Positions 41,071 to 54,079 of a DNA stretch of 64,000 bases are shown here, in pieces; position 1 is the stretch's first letter, and every line of letters begins with the position of its first letter. Below the pieces are notes generated by a model. The model saw nothing but the letters and a program-made list of their open reading frames with translations. It searched no databases and was not told the DNA's origin. Origin of the DNA: Macrostomum hystrix (lineage: Eukaryota > Animalia > Platyhelminthes); contig CATNEN010000001.1 in assembly GCA_950097015.1 (NCBI GenBank), forward strand, positions 5,084,001 to 5,148,000, given 5' to 3'. The translations under genes were made by a program, and so were the position numbers.

Positions 41071-42054
41071 ACATGATTTACTGGCTGATTGCGATATAAA
41101 AAACTCAGTAACAAAAGCAATCTTTTTTAATAGCAAGAAAGATTTTCGATTTAAGTAAAAAACAAAATACAGGAAGGCGTTAAATCAGTTTCAATTAAAT
41201 TTATTTTAATCCCAACAGCCTACAAAATATGTTTATTAACTCCAAGTTATCCATTTTAGGGGAAAATAGGAAAAGGATAGTTTAATTAACGGTGTATATT
41301 TAGGGATAGATTATAATTATGCGATTATCCGAAAATTCTGAGGATCAGGGGGTGGTGCAATGATCAGTGCACGGGACACGCCGAACAAGCCGAGTGTAAT
41401 GAACCCACTGGTATTTAGTGGGCAATGCAATAACTACCTAACTAGCTTTAGCATGCTGATTCCACTTGACCGACACTGATGATCTGCTTTACTTAGAGAT
41501 TTAGTCGGCAGGAAGATAGGAATAATCTATATGGGATATATAATACCCGAATATTCGCTGCAATGCAGATTAGAAGATTTATATCTCAATTTACTCGCCT
41601 TTCCTAGCTCGTCATTTTACTTTAACGTAATCAAAAATGAGAAGAGAGTGAGGGGAGAATAGATAGGGATATCTAGATTCGAAATAAACACCATGTAGCT
41701 TTTAAAAATCTTGGAAAAAATCTTAACTCTAGATTCGAGATCTAAATTACCACGAAGTGACGAAGCTAAACAGACTGGACTGAAGAAGAAAACTTATAGA
41801 TTAGGGAGAATTCATGAGGCTGGAAAATAAGGTTAGGAAATGGAAGAGAAATTCATTCAGCCTAATCAAATCAGGATGAAAGAGAGGAGAAAAGAGGCAA
41901 AGTATCTACGAGTATCTGTGGCTAATAAGGCTGCACTGAAAGAATCTTCACAATGATAATATGGCATCCTAAATGAGAGAATTCAACGATTTCAAGAAAT
42001 CAAATTTACCGACTCCGACCTCTTGTGGTTAGGTTTCCTTCCTACTTTGGCTCC

Positions 42055-43447
42055 AATCAGTTCTTAGCACACCCCTCTGTCACTCTCAAACCAGTTCTTA
42101 GCACACCCCTCTGTCACTCTCAGATCAGTTCTTAGCACACCCTCTGTCACTCTCAAATCAGTTCTTAGCACACCCCTCTGTCACTCTCAGATCAGTTCTT
42201 AGCACACCCCTCTGTCACTCTCAAACCAGTTCTTAGCACACCCCTCTGTCACTCTCAAACCAGTTCTTAGCACACCCCTCTGTCACTCTCAGATCAGTTC
42301 TTAGCACACCCTCTGTCACTCTCAAATCAGTTCTTAGCACACCCCTCTGTCACTCTCAAACCAGTTCTTAGCACACCCCTCTGTCACTGTCAAACCAGTT
42401 CTTAGCACACCCCTCTGTCACTCTCAAACCAGTTCTTAGCACACCCCTCTGTCACTCTCAGATCAGTTCTTAGCACACCCTCTGTCACTCTCAAATCAGT
42501 TCTTAGCACACCCCTCTGTCACTCTCAAACCAGTTCTTAGCACACCCTCTGTCACTCTCAAACCAGTTCTTAGCACACCCCTCTGTCACTCTCAAATCAG
42601 TTCTTAGCACACCCTCTGTCACTCTCAAACCAGTTCTTAGCACACCCTCTGTCACTCTCAGATCAGTTCTTAGCACACCCCTCTGTCACTCTCAAACCAG
42701 TTCTTAGCACACCCCTCTGTCACTCTCAAACCAGTTCTTAGCACACCCCTGTCACTCTCAAACCAGTTCTTAGCACACCCCCCTGTCACTCTCAGATCAG
42801 TTCTTAGCACACCCTCTGTCACTCTCAAATCAGTTCTTAGCACACCCCTCTGTCACTCTCAAACCAGTTCTTAGCACACCCTCTGTCACTCTCAAACCAG
42901 TTCTTAGCACACCCCTCTGTCACTCTCAAATCAGTTCTTAGCACACCCTCTGTCACTCTCAAATCAGTTCTTAGCACACCCCTCTGTCACTCTCAAATCA
43001 GTTCTTAGCACACCCCTCTGTCACTCTCAAATCAGTTCTTAGCACACCCCTCTGTCACTCTCAAATCAGTTCTTAGCACACCCCTCTGTCACTCTCCATT
43101 CAGTTCTTAGCACACCCCTCTGTCACTCTCAAATCAGTTCTTAGCACACCCCTCTGTCACTCTCAAATCAGTTCTTAGCACACCCTCTGTCACTCTCCAT
43201 TCAGTTCTTAGCACACCCTCTGTCACTCTCAAACCAGTTCTTAGCACACCCCTCTGTCACTCTCAAATCAGTTCTTAGCACACCCTCTGTCACTCTCCAT
43301 TCAGTTCTTAGCACACCCCTCTGTCACTCTCAAATCAGTTCTTAGCACACCCTCTGTCACTCTCCATTCAGTTCTTAGCACACCCCTCTGTCACTCTCAA
43401 ATCAGTTCTTAGCACACCCTCTGTCACTCTCCATTCAGTTCTTAGCA
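42055..43447. repeat. 33-34-bp minisatellite (CAGTTCTTAGCACACCCCTCTGTCACTCTCAAAT)
   Basis: About 41 tandem copies. Confidence 0.95.
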
Positions 43448-44064
43448 ATAGCACAAGAATTCAGTTTCAGCCCCAGTTTTGCGACAAAAAACTACAATCA
43501 CAATCAGCAGAATAAGTGTCAGTTTCTCCTAAAAGAAAGTAAAAAAACTAGGACATTTGCCGGCAGAATAAGAGAAAAAGAAGGAAAACAGAATGCTAGG
43601 AAATTGAGATGAAAGCAGAGGGCCGATAGAGACTCTTGGAGTCCGTTATCGAGGCCGTTGCCAAAAGGATCTGAAAAAATGGGATACGACTCTCAGTCGA
43701 TACTTCTGAAATACAACCGTCATCATCGTTCCTGTCTCCCTCTCTTTCTCTACTTCTGTGCCTTCATTTTCGTTCTCAAAATCCCATTTGGGATTTAAAT
43801 TTTTTTTGTTCTCGCAGCCACGTACACACACACAGACAGAGACAGGCAGCGAGTTGGTGTTTTAAGGCCAACAGAAAAGCGAATTTTTTTTCCAGCATCT
43901 GTCGGTGAGGGTGAGTGATAAAAAATGGTTTGTCTGCTAACGACGATAACACAGAGCCACGACTTGCTGGCTTTGCTAGGATAATTTTTTTTCCGATAAA
44001 CAACGCGATGGAAATGAAAATTCTTTTTCTGAGAAATGAATAATAAGAAAATGTTTGTGGGACA

Positions 44065-44670
44065 AATGGTAGATGAGATAGAGCAAAAGATGAGACGGAT
44101 GGAGAGATGAGAAGGGGGGAGTGATGAGAAGTAGGTAGAGATGAGAAGTAGGTAGAGATGAGAGGGAACGAGAGATAAGATTGAGGGAGAGATAAAAGGA
44201 AAGGAGAGATGAGATGGAAGGAGAGATGAGATGGGGAGAGATGAGATGGGGAGAGATGAGATGGGAAGAGATGAGATGGGGGGAGATGAGATGGGGAGAG
44301 ATGAGAAGGGGGAGATGAGATGGGGAGAGATGAGATGGGGAGAGATGAGATGGGGAGAGATGAGAGGAAAGGAGACATGGGATTGAAAGAGAGATAAGAG
44401 GAAAGGAGACATGCGATGGGAGCGAAGGAGAGATGAGTTGTAGGGAGAGACGAGATGGAACGATGGATGAGATTGAGGGAGGGATAAAAGGAAAGGAGTC
44501 ATGAGATGGAGAGAGACGAGATGGACGGAGAGATGAGATGGGGAGAGACTGTAAGGAAGGATATATGAGAGGAAAGGAGAGATGAGATGGACGGAGAGAT
44601 CCGACAAAGTTGAAAAAACGAGTGAGAGAGAAGAGATGGAGCGAGATGAAATTAAAGAGGGGAGATGAGA
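44065..44670. repeat. Purine-rich low-complexity repeat (GAGATGAGATGGGGA)
   Basis: GAGAT-based repeats; the ORFs are S/P/H/L artefacts. Confidence 0.85.
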
Positions 44671-44719
44671 AGGAAGCATTGCAAGAGGCACCATACAGCC
44701 ACAGCTCATAGTCCTGGTA

Positions 44720-44960
44720 GGCAGCATGGTATTAACTCAATGTAGATCAAATTTGTCACAATCTCATCAATTCGGCACGCAGCGTAATATTGAGAAGAAA
44801 TTCAGCTTGCTCAACTTGCATTGCCTGTAGCAGCCCTGAGTCTACTAAACAAAATCTTTGCTAGAGACTCATCGGCCGTTCCATTTCCACAAAAACTCAA
44901 TAGCAATGTCGATACCAGGATTAGAATTATGGCTAATAGATGGATAGCAGAACCTTCACA
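44720..44960 (-). pseudogene. Possible highly decayed hAT transposase C-terminal (dimerisation domain) fragment
   Basis: The minus-strand translation across frameshifts (ILVSTL...SRLRAATG..KLSKL...IDEIV) loosely resembles the hATC consensus (L..LP...ERSFS...LRSTMG.ERLS.L...D.I); weak. Confidence 0.25.
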
Positions 44961-45228
44961 GCTGGTCCCAAAACAACTCAGCATGTTGGGTGTTGTCCAT
45001 CGTTCCAAGAACTCGTAGCTTTGCACTCGTTCTTTTCTTTAGTTTTGTCAGCCAAGACTGCACATTATCAGTTTTCCATGCTTGCTGGTTTCTGTTCTCG
45101 ATATGACATTATCGACCAAACAGTCTGAGATAACTCAATCCATGCTTTTCTAATCATAATTCCTCACATCATTGCTTCGGCACGATTATTTAGATCCCCC
45201 AAATAAATTCTTGCATCCTTGAATTCGC

Positions 45229-45565
45229 TCCCAGATCCTCAGAATGTCTCCCAGATCCTCAGATTGTCTCCCAGAACCTCACATACCCTCCCAGATCCTC
45301 AGATTGTCTCCCAGAACCTCAGATTGTCTCCCAGATCTTCAGATTGTCTCCCAGATCCTCAGATTGTCTCCTAGATCCTCAGATTGTCTCCCAGATCCTC
45401 TGATCGTCCCCCAGATCCTCAGATTGTCTCCTAGATCCTCAGATTGTCTCCCAGATCCTCTGATCGTCCCCCAGATCCTCAGATTGTCTCCTAGATTCTC
45501 AGATCGTCCCCCAGATCCTCAGATTGTCCCCCAGATCCTCTGATCGTCCCCCAGATCCTCAGATT
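45229..45565 (+). repeat. 20-bp minisatellite (CCAGATCCTCAGATTGTCTC)
   Basis: About 16 copies; inverted counterpart at 46843-48300. Confidence 0.92.
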
Positions 45566-46842
45566 TAAACGAAAAGATCCGTCCAGATTTGATCAGAGAT
45601 TAATTGAATATTTAAAATCTTAGAATGGGGATTTGAATTCTTACTCCCAGTTTCCCAGATCCTGTCAAATTTGAGATCGGTCGTGCGTGACCCATCAAGA
45701 ATTTCCCTTTTAAAAAATATTTCTAAATTTCTAAATTATAGAATAGTTGACCCATATATCGGTCATAGAAATGATCCGTCTTTGTCGTTATTGAGTCTCT
45801 AACATAAATATACTTTGCTAATTATATGTCTGCATGAAATTAGCTTTCAAATCTAATTTTTTCAAGGATAAAAGCGTCATTCATTTTGCTAGGGATTGGT
45901 CCACTGACTGAATTGCTTCTTAATTGAATCAGACGCTGACCTTGCGGACGTGGCAGAGCTTGCCTCAATGGGGGAAGCTCAAAGTTTTTCTGTCTGAAAT
46001 AAAAGACAGACCCGCTGAAATTCAATTATAAGACACAGGGTTCCACTTCCACTGGCCAACATCTTTTGAGGGTGATGACTCAACGACTCATCCATACCAC
46101 AGAAAGGAATTGTGAATGAATAGGGACAAACCATTTTTTTTAATTAAGACTATTGTGGAAGCGGCATTGAAAGAAAACTGGCTATAGTAAAATAGGATGG
46201 CAATTTGGCTATACTCATGGCTTGGGAAAAAATCCGCCCCACCTTATTTAGTAACGTTCTCAAGAACTGCCAGCCACGCATTTAATGAATTATTTATTCG
46301 AAAAATCTTCAAACAAGCATATGAAGTTCCGATGTGAAGCACAGGGGGAGGTTTTTCTGCAACAAATCATTTTCTCTCTCGTCCATATACTCACACACGT
46401 ATATATATTTTGCGTTTCACGATTCTCAAGCCAAAAACTGAAGTTAGCGAGTGATGGAGTGTGAATGAGACTAGGTGAAGTTCTCATGCTGCTCCTGTTT
46501 AAGGCTTAGAGGTTTTGACCCAGGCCCTATAAGACTGAGATCCACTTTAGTCAGTCAGTCAGTAAGGGTTGTGTGTGTGTGTAGGCCCTCATTTGCCAAG
46601 TACCTGCCAGTGTGCCAGTATAGTTCTGTCCTGTTTGATGACGACTCCTTCAGAATCTGTAGCTATATGTGCGACTTTTGTAAAAAATCCTTCAAATTCC
46701 TATATAGTTCTGGCCGTACACAACCAACACTGTAATGCACGATAATTTAGATGTAGCTCGTAGGACAAACAATGAAAGCATAAATTAGATTGAATAAATT
46801 AAAGAATAGAAATTCGTGAATAAAGGGATCGAAATGGAAAGA

Positions 46843-48300
46843 ATCTGAGGATATCTGAGGATCTGTAAGACAATCTGAGGATCTAGGAGGAAATCTGAGT
46901 ATCTGGAAGACAATCTGAGGAACTGGGAGACAATCTGAGGATTTGGGAGAGAATCTGAGTATCTGGAAGACAATCAGAGGAACTGGGAGACAATCTGAGG
47001 ATCTAGAAGGGATTTTGGAGATCTGGGAGAGAATCTGAGGATTTGGGAGACAATCTGAGGATCTAGGAGACAATCTGAGGATCTGGGAGACAATCTGAGG
47101 ATCTGGGAGACAATCTGAGGATCTGGGAGACAGTCTGAGGATCTGGGAGACAATCTGAGGATCTAGGAGACAATCTGAGGATCTGGGATAGAATCTGAGG
47201 ATCTGGGAGACAATCTGAGGATCTAGAAGGGAGTTTGAGGATCTGGGAGAGAATCTGAGGATTCGGGAGACAATCTGAGGATCTAGGAGATAATCTGGGG
47301 ATCTGGGAGACAATCTGAGGATCTGGGAGACAATCTGAGGATTTGGGAGACAATCTGAGGATCTGAGAGACAATCTGAGGATCTAGAAGGGAATTTGAGG
47401 ATCTGGGAGACAATCTGAGGATCTAGAAGGGAATTTGAGGATCTGGGAGAGAATCTGAGGATTTGGGAGACAATCTGAGGATCTGAGAGACAATCTGAGG
47501 ATCTAGAAGGGAATTTGAGGATCTGGGAGACAATCTGAGGATCTAGAAGGGAATTTGAGGATCTGGGAGAGAATCTGAGGATTTGGGAGACAATCTGAGG
47601 ATCTGAGAGACAATCTGAGGATCTAGAAGGGAATTTGAGGATCTGGGAGACAATCTGGGGATCTGAAAGACAATCTGAGGATCTGGGAGACAATCTGGGG
47701 ATCTGAAAGACAATCTGAGGATCTAGGAGACAATCTGAGGATCTGAAAGACAATCTGAGGATCTGGGAGACAATCTGAGGATCTAGGAGACAATCTGAGG
47801 ATCTAGAAGGGAGTTTGAGGATCTAGAAGGGAGTTTGAGGATCTGGGAGAGAATCTGAGGATCTGGGAGAGAATCTGAGGATCTAGGAGACAATCTGGGG
47901 ATCTGAAAGACAATCTGTGGATCTGGGAGACAATCTGAGGATCTAGGAGACAATCTGAGGATCTAGAAGGGAGTTTGAGGATCTGGGAGAGAATCTGAGG
48001 ATTTGGGAGACAATCTGAGGATCTAGGAGATAATCTAAGGATCTGGGAGACAATCTGAGGATCTGGGAGACAATCTGAGGATCTAGAAGGGAATTTGAGG
48101 ATCTGGGAGAGAATCTGAGTATCTGGGAGAGAATCTGAGGATCTAGGAGACAATCTGGGGATCTGAAAGACAATCTGAGGATCTGGGAGACAATCTGAGG
48201 ATCTAGGAGACAATCTGAGGATCTGGGAGGGAGTTTGAGGATCTGGGAGAGAATGAGGATCTGGGATAGAATCTGAGGATCTGGGATAGAATCGGAGGAT
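46843..48300 (-). repeat. 20-bp minisatellite (GAGACAATCTGAGGATCTGG), reverse complement of 45229-45565
   Basis: About 72 copies. Confidence 0.95.
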
Positions 48301-48844
48301 CTCGGAAGAATGCCAAGAATAAAAGAAGCCATGCAGCTGGCTGACTCAAGGCATCCAAGGAGCTGCTTCCCTGAGCAGAAGTGCGACCCCCCCTACCCCC
48401 GGTCACGTCTGAGCGATTACGTTTTCTTCTGTTGGAGGAAAAAATGGGTGGATACCGAGGCGGATCACGTTTTTGGGAACAAAGGCTTCCGTTATGTGTT
48501 CCCCTCCCCCCATTAAACGGTCCGTGTATCTTACAAGAACACACCTTAGCGTTTTCTCCGTGTTTTCTCTGCGAGTGCTTCAGTGTTTCATTTGTGTATT
48601 CATCAGTTATTATACGATAGAAAGCTTATTCCATGCAATACAGCTAGCTAGCTACTAAGTCTCAAATAGAGCAGAAAATTTGTTGAATAATATAGAAAAC
48701 TGGGAATAAGACAGGTTATATACTAGGCAAACGATTGTAACGCCTCGATGGAGTCGACTTGAAAGGCTCCGCCCCATTGAATATCGCTTTTTACTTGTTC
48801 CTATCTGGCTGCACTTACTTTTAACATCGCACCGGAGACTGCAA

Positions 48845-50067
48845 TGCCTGAAACTGAGGATGTGGGATCTAGGATGCTTGACATTGAGGATCTGAAATCT
48901 AGGATGCTTGAAATTGAGGATGTGGGATCTAGGATGCTTGAAATTGAGGATCTGGGATCTAGGATGCTTGAAATTGAGGATCTGGGATCTAGGATGCTTG
49001 AAATTGAGGATCTGGGATCTAGGATGCTTGAAATTGAGGATCTGGGATCTAGGATGCTTGAAATTGAGGATCTGGGATCTAGGATGCTTGAAATTGAGGA
49101 TGTGGGATCTAGGATATTTTGACATTGAGGATCTGAGATCTAGGATGCCTGAAAGTGAGGATGTGGGATCTAGGATGCCTGAAAATGAGGATTTGGGATC
49201 TAGGATGCCTGAAACGGAGGATGTAGGATCTAGGATGCTTGAAATTGAGGATCTGGGATCTAGCATGCCTGAAAATGAGGATTTGGGATCTAGGATGCCT
49301 GAAACGGAGGATCTGGGATCTAGGATGCCTGAAAATGAGGATTTGGGATCTAGGATGCCTGAAACGGAGGATCTGGGATCTAGGATGCCTGAAAATGAGG
49401 ATGTGGGATCTAGGATGCCTGAAAATGAGGATGTGGGATCTAGGATGCCTGAAACGGAGGATCTGGGATCTAGGATGCCTGAAAATGAGGATGTGGGATC
49501 TAGGATGCCTGAAAATGAGGATGTGGGATCTAGGATGCCTGAAACGGAGGATCTGGGATCTAGGATGCTTGACATTGAGGATCTGAGATCTAGGATGCCT
49601 GAAAGTGAGGATGTGGGATCTAGGATGCCTGAAAATGAGGATTTGGGATCTAGGATGCCTGAAACGGAGGATGTAGGATCTAGGATGCTTGACATTGAGG
49701 ATCTGGGATCTAGCATGCCTGAAAATGAGGATTTGGGATCTAGGATGCCTGAAACGGAGGATCTGGGATCTAGGATGCCTGAAAATGAGGATTTGGGATC
49801 TAGGATGCCTGAAACGGAGGATCTGGGATCTAGGATGCCTGAAAATGAGGATGTGGGATCTAGGATGCTTGACATTGAGGATCTGAGATCTAGGATGCTT
49901 GAAATTAAGGATCTGGGATCTAGGATGCCTGAAAATGAGGATGTGGGATCTAGGATGCTTGACATTGAGGATCTTAGATCTAGGATGCTTGAAATTAAGG
50001 ATCTGGGATCTAGGATGCTTGAAATTGAGGATCTGGGATCTTGGATGCCTGAAACTTAGGATTTGGG
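48845..50067. repeat. 30-bp minisatellite (GGATGCCTGAAAATGAGGATCTGGGATCTA)
   Basis: About 40 copies; 10-aa periodic ORFs. Confidence 0.95.
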
Positions 50068-50629
50068 GTAATTGAAAGTGAGGACTTTAAAAATATTTAA
50101 ATGAGGATTCAATAAATCAGATCTTTCTATTAAAAATGTTGTCCTAACGAATATCACACTGCCATAAGCATAAACTTAAAGCATTTATAAAATACAGAGC
50201 AACTTACAAAGTACTCAATTTAGTGATTGGACTATCTAACATCATTCCATTTCATACGCCCGTTTCCAATTTATAGATAAGAGACTGGTTTGGTTTAGCT
50301 AGAACTTTCCTGTACTGATTAAACTCCAATTAAGACACTAAATTGATCGTAAACTACAGTAAAGTACGAATAAATAGAGTACGCTAAACGATAAAACACA
50401 GATATAAAAAGGCTACGAAAAAAATCTTAAAATTCGTTAACATAAATAATGCAGAAGAAATATTATCATCGAGTTCTTTCTGGCACAGATTTGTGCACTA
50501 AAGTTATATAGGCTTACAAACCAAATTATCTTTAGTTATTATCGAGTGTCCTATTTATGCAGATGACAATTTTTGTATCACTGGGACTAGGATAAAAGTA
50601 CGATACGATTGGTGGTTAGGCGAGACGGT

Positions 50630-51140
50630 AAGAGAGGATAAAAAAGATTGGAGAGAAAGGTAGAGGATGGGAGAGGATGGAAGAGAATGGGAGAGGATGG
50701 GAGATGATGGGAAAAGATGGGAGGGATGGGAAAAGATGGGAGAGGATGCGAAAAGATGGGAGAGGATGGGAAAAGATGGGAGAGGATGGGAAAAGATGGG
50801 AGAGGATGGGAAAAATGGGAGAGGATGGGAGAGGATGGGAAAAGATGGGAGAGGATGGGAAAAATGGGAGAGGATGGGAGAGGATGTGAGAAGATGGTAG
50901 AGGACATGAAAGGATGGGAGAGGGTGGGAGAGTATGGGAGAGTATGGGAGAGGTTGGGAGAGGTTGGGAGAGGACGTTAAATGGTCGAAGAGGATGAAAG
51001 AGGATGGGAGAGTATGGGAGAGTATAGGAGAGGATGGGAGAGTATGGGAGAGGATGGGAGAGGTTGGGAGAGGACGTTAAATGGTCGAACAGGATGAGAG
51101 AGGATGGGAGAAGATGGGAGAGGGTGGGAGAAGATGGAAG
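50630..51140. repeat. 10-bp purine-rich repeat (GATGGGAGAG)
   Basis: Tandem degenerate copies. Confidence 0.88.
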
Positions 51141-51917
51141 ACGATGTGTGTCATTATCCCCTTGAGAACTTCAGATCAGGGAGAAAATAGTAGAGAAAGG
51201 TGAGCAATGTAATCAGATGCCAAGGTGGTAGGAATAGATGAGAAGAAAGAAGATCGACCGTGGCTTAGATCTAGTTTGAGCTCGGGGAAAACCATTCCCC
51301 AACTTCTCAAGTATGTTTTCCTTCCTCATCTATATAAATCACGAATCAAAATTAATTAAAAAACGGGAATCTGAATAGTGATCGCGTGCTGAATTACGTC
51401 AGCATAATATCTGACGGTGTCACTTAATTCCGTTTATATTCCCAATATCAACTACATAGGTCACGACAGTTTGGTGATGAAGCTTAGTGATTTTTCTGCC
51501 TCCGGGGGATTTTTTTACCAAAATACGACAAATCCTTAGCGAGATTGACTGCAATAAAAGAAATCCCACAATCACTTATAGCAGTCGGAAGTCAACATTT
51601 TCTAGTTCTCCTAGCGCACACATTTCAGTAAGCCAGCTAGCCCTACCAATTCTTATAAATGATGAATGGGAGAATTTTAGTTTTTTTATTTGAAAAGAAT
51701 CTACTAAGTTGATTGTTGAGAAATTCCTCGGGTTGCAACTGTGTAAGAAGAGTCTGACACAAGTAATGGTGCATTTGTAAGAAAAAAACTATTTGGGACT
51801 TCAAAGTTAACTGGCCTGGGAAATAGTATGGATGACAATAAATTGCGGTTGTCAATTATAATTTGACTTTGATTTAACATTTTTGGCATATATATGCCTG
51901 GTAATCGAATGTATTTT

Positions 51918-52370
51918 GAGATCTAATGTTTGGGGATCACAGGTGTTTTGGGATTATAAAATATCTGGGGATCACAGGTGTTTTGGGATTATCAAATATC
52001 TGGGGATCATAGGTGTTTTGGGATTAGTAAATGTCTGGGGATCACATGTGCTTTGGGATTATCAAATATTTGGGGATCACAGGTGTTTTGGGATTATCAA
52101 ATATCTGGGGATCACAGGTGTTTTGGGATTATCAAATATCTGGGGATCATAGGTGTTTTGGGATTAGTAAATGTCTGGGGATCACATGTGCTTTGGGATT
52201 ATCAAATATCTGGGTATCACAGGTGTTTTGGGATTAGTAAATGTCGGGGGATCACATGTGTTTTGAGATTATCAAATATCTGGGATCACAGGTGTTTTGA
52301 GATCCAATGTTTGGGGATCACAGTTGCTTTGGGATAATTAATATCTGGGGATTACGTGTTTCGGGATTGA
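51918..52370. repeat. 35-bp minisatellite (GGGATCACAGGTGTTTTGGGATTATCAAATATCTG)
   Basis: About 12 tandem copies. Confidence 0.9.
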
Positions 52371-52912
52371 TGTAGATTATTAATGCGAATATCTTAGAGA
52401 TTCATCAAATATGAGGATCATTGGTGCTTTTGGGATATTATTATTTTGTCTGTGCATCATAAATGTACATAATTCGGGACTTTGAATTCTTATATAACTA
52501 ACAGAATGTACATTTAAATGTAAATAAGGAACTCAGCAAAGAAATATACCTTCTGTTATCTGTACAAGCAAGGCAAGTAAGAAATCTATATACTATACTA
52601 TACTTAGCTCTTAAATATGCATCGGAAGCCAAGTATGGTGAAAGATAAGAGCAGAACGGTAGCTGTTAACTAAATACGCCAATGGAAAATTGTGGAGACA
52701 GGTAGACTGTTTCAGTTTAAATATTGACTCAGAAAACAGCTGCCCAGAAACTGTGCAAGTATGACCATGAGTACGACGAAGGTTTTATCCAGGTGATAAA
52801 ACAGCTCGGTTCAAGAGTTTGTGCCTGTCTAGATACGTAACCGAGTGTTTGCTCAAAATATTTACGTAACTGTCGCGAGATGCTGTTACACAGCTGAGAA
52901 CATAGAAGAGCA

Positions 52913-53090
52913 GGAGTTGTAGTCTAGTGGTTAGAGCGTCGGTATCACGACTTGAAGATCGGAGGCTCGATTCTTGATTCCACTGGGGCAACTTGTATTC
53001 TTTAGCAAGTCACAACTGGGTGTGGCGTCCCCCCAGTCCATGGACTGAACAGCCGTACATATATAAAGCCAATAATAAAGATAAAAATCA
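52913..53090 (+). mobile_element. tRNA-derived SINE (CORE-like, internally deleted)
   Basis: A-box TAGTCTAGTGG, B-box-like GGCTCGATTC, CORE-like CTTTAGCAAGTCAC, 3' segment shared with 33418-33460, A-rich tail. Confidence 0.65.
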
Positions 53091-53682
53091 ATAACTCACC
53101 AAATTCTGATTTTAGTTTAACAGCTGATAGCTAATTAGTGTTTTCAATAAAAAACTATATCGCAAACAGCCTTCAAAGTTGTAGAGATTTATTAAAAAAA
53201 TTGAAATTGTAGAAAAAATGCAATTACACCAGTTTATTGTAGACGATAAACACATATACCAGTACCAGTGCAGCAGATTTTCAGACGATGCATTCAGTTA
53301 TTAAACGAAGCTTTAGTCCAATGGCACGCCGTTGATAGCTAAATGCAGTAAGACGACAAAGCTAATTTCAAACTGTTACAAGATAGGTTTTCATTCGCTG
53401 CTAGAGAAAAAAATGCGCAATCAGCCAATGAGAGAGAAGCAATGTATGGTGGTTAAATGAAAGCACTAGTGATACTACTAAACTGCTGCTTGTAAACAGT
53501 AGGATATATAGACCATTAATTTCTTCAAAAGTAATAAATCACATCGTTTTTATATATTCACAGTCCAGTTAGTCTTAGTTGGTCTTGTCGCTGAAATGTT
53601 TACAATAGTATAAACGCAATTTAGATATAAACAAAACATACTGATTGATAATTTTCAGAAACACAATGAATCTTTTTCAAAA

Positions 53683-53765
53683 TCAGACGACGCGCATGAT
53701 TTCGTAATCAGCAGCTGTTGAGCAGGACTCAAACCTTTAGAGAGATTCCCTGTAGTTATCATCAT
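53683..53765 (-). ncRNA. Box C/D snoRNA, divergent copy (double guide for 28S rRNA)
   Basis: AUGAUGA...GGGAAUCUCU-CUAA(D')...hairpin...CUGAUUA(C')-CGAAAUCAUGCGCGUCGU-CUGA(D). Boxes and guides match the other copies while the internal hairpin differs. Confidence 0.8.
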
Positions 53766-54022
53766 TAAAGGCAATTTAGAGCGTAAACATATGCACCTTT
53801 GGTAGTTTTGCCACTTCCCAGATTCTCAATAGTTCATTAATTTACCCCACACGAGTTTTCCAAGCACATACCAAAAATGCAAGCCACCAGAAGTAATCGG
53901 TTTAGCACGAACTCCGAAATATCTAAAATATAAATAATTAGTAGTTATTAGTTACGGTCGTATATATTCTGCACAAACATAAAAACTAAGCATAATTAAA
54001 AAATATCTAGAACCGATAAAAT

Positions 54023-54061
54023 TCAGACGACGCGCATGATTTCGTAATCAGTAGCCAAGAG
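54023..54061 (-). pseudogene. Truncated snoRNA copy (3' half only: C', guide, box D)
   Basis: Identical to the 3' half of the other copies, then jumps to flank sequence; box C and the D' guide are deleted. Confidence 0.7.
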
Positions 54062-54079
54062 CAATACATAAAAGCAATC

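Noticed and set aside
43776-52337. Many ORFs (SPRSSDCL, ILDPRSS, WERMG, GITG types)
   Set aside because: All derive from tandem or low-complexity repeats.
52913-52985. tRNA gene
   Set aside because: A/B boxes are present but there is no proper acceptor stem or cloverleaf, and it continues into SINE core and tail sequence.
53127-53561. Additional snoRNAs (C/D or H/ACA) in the short downstream host introns
   Set aside because: Isolated CUGA/ACA motifs exist, but no matching box C or two-hairpin structure could be identified by eye; needs Infernal/snoReport.
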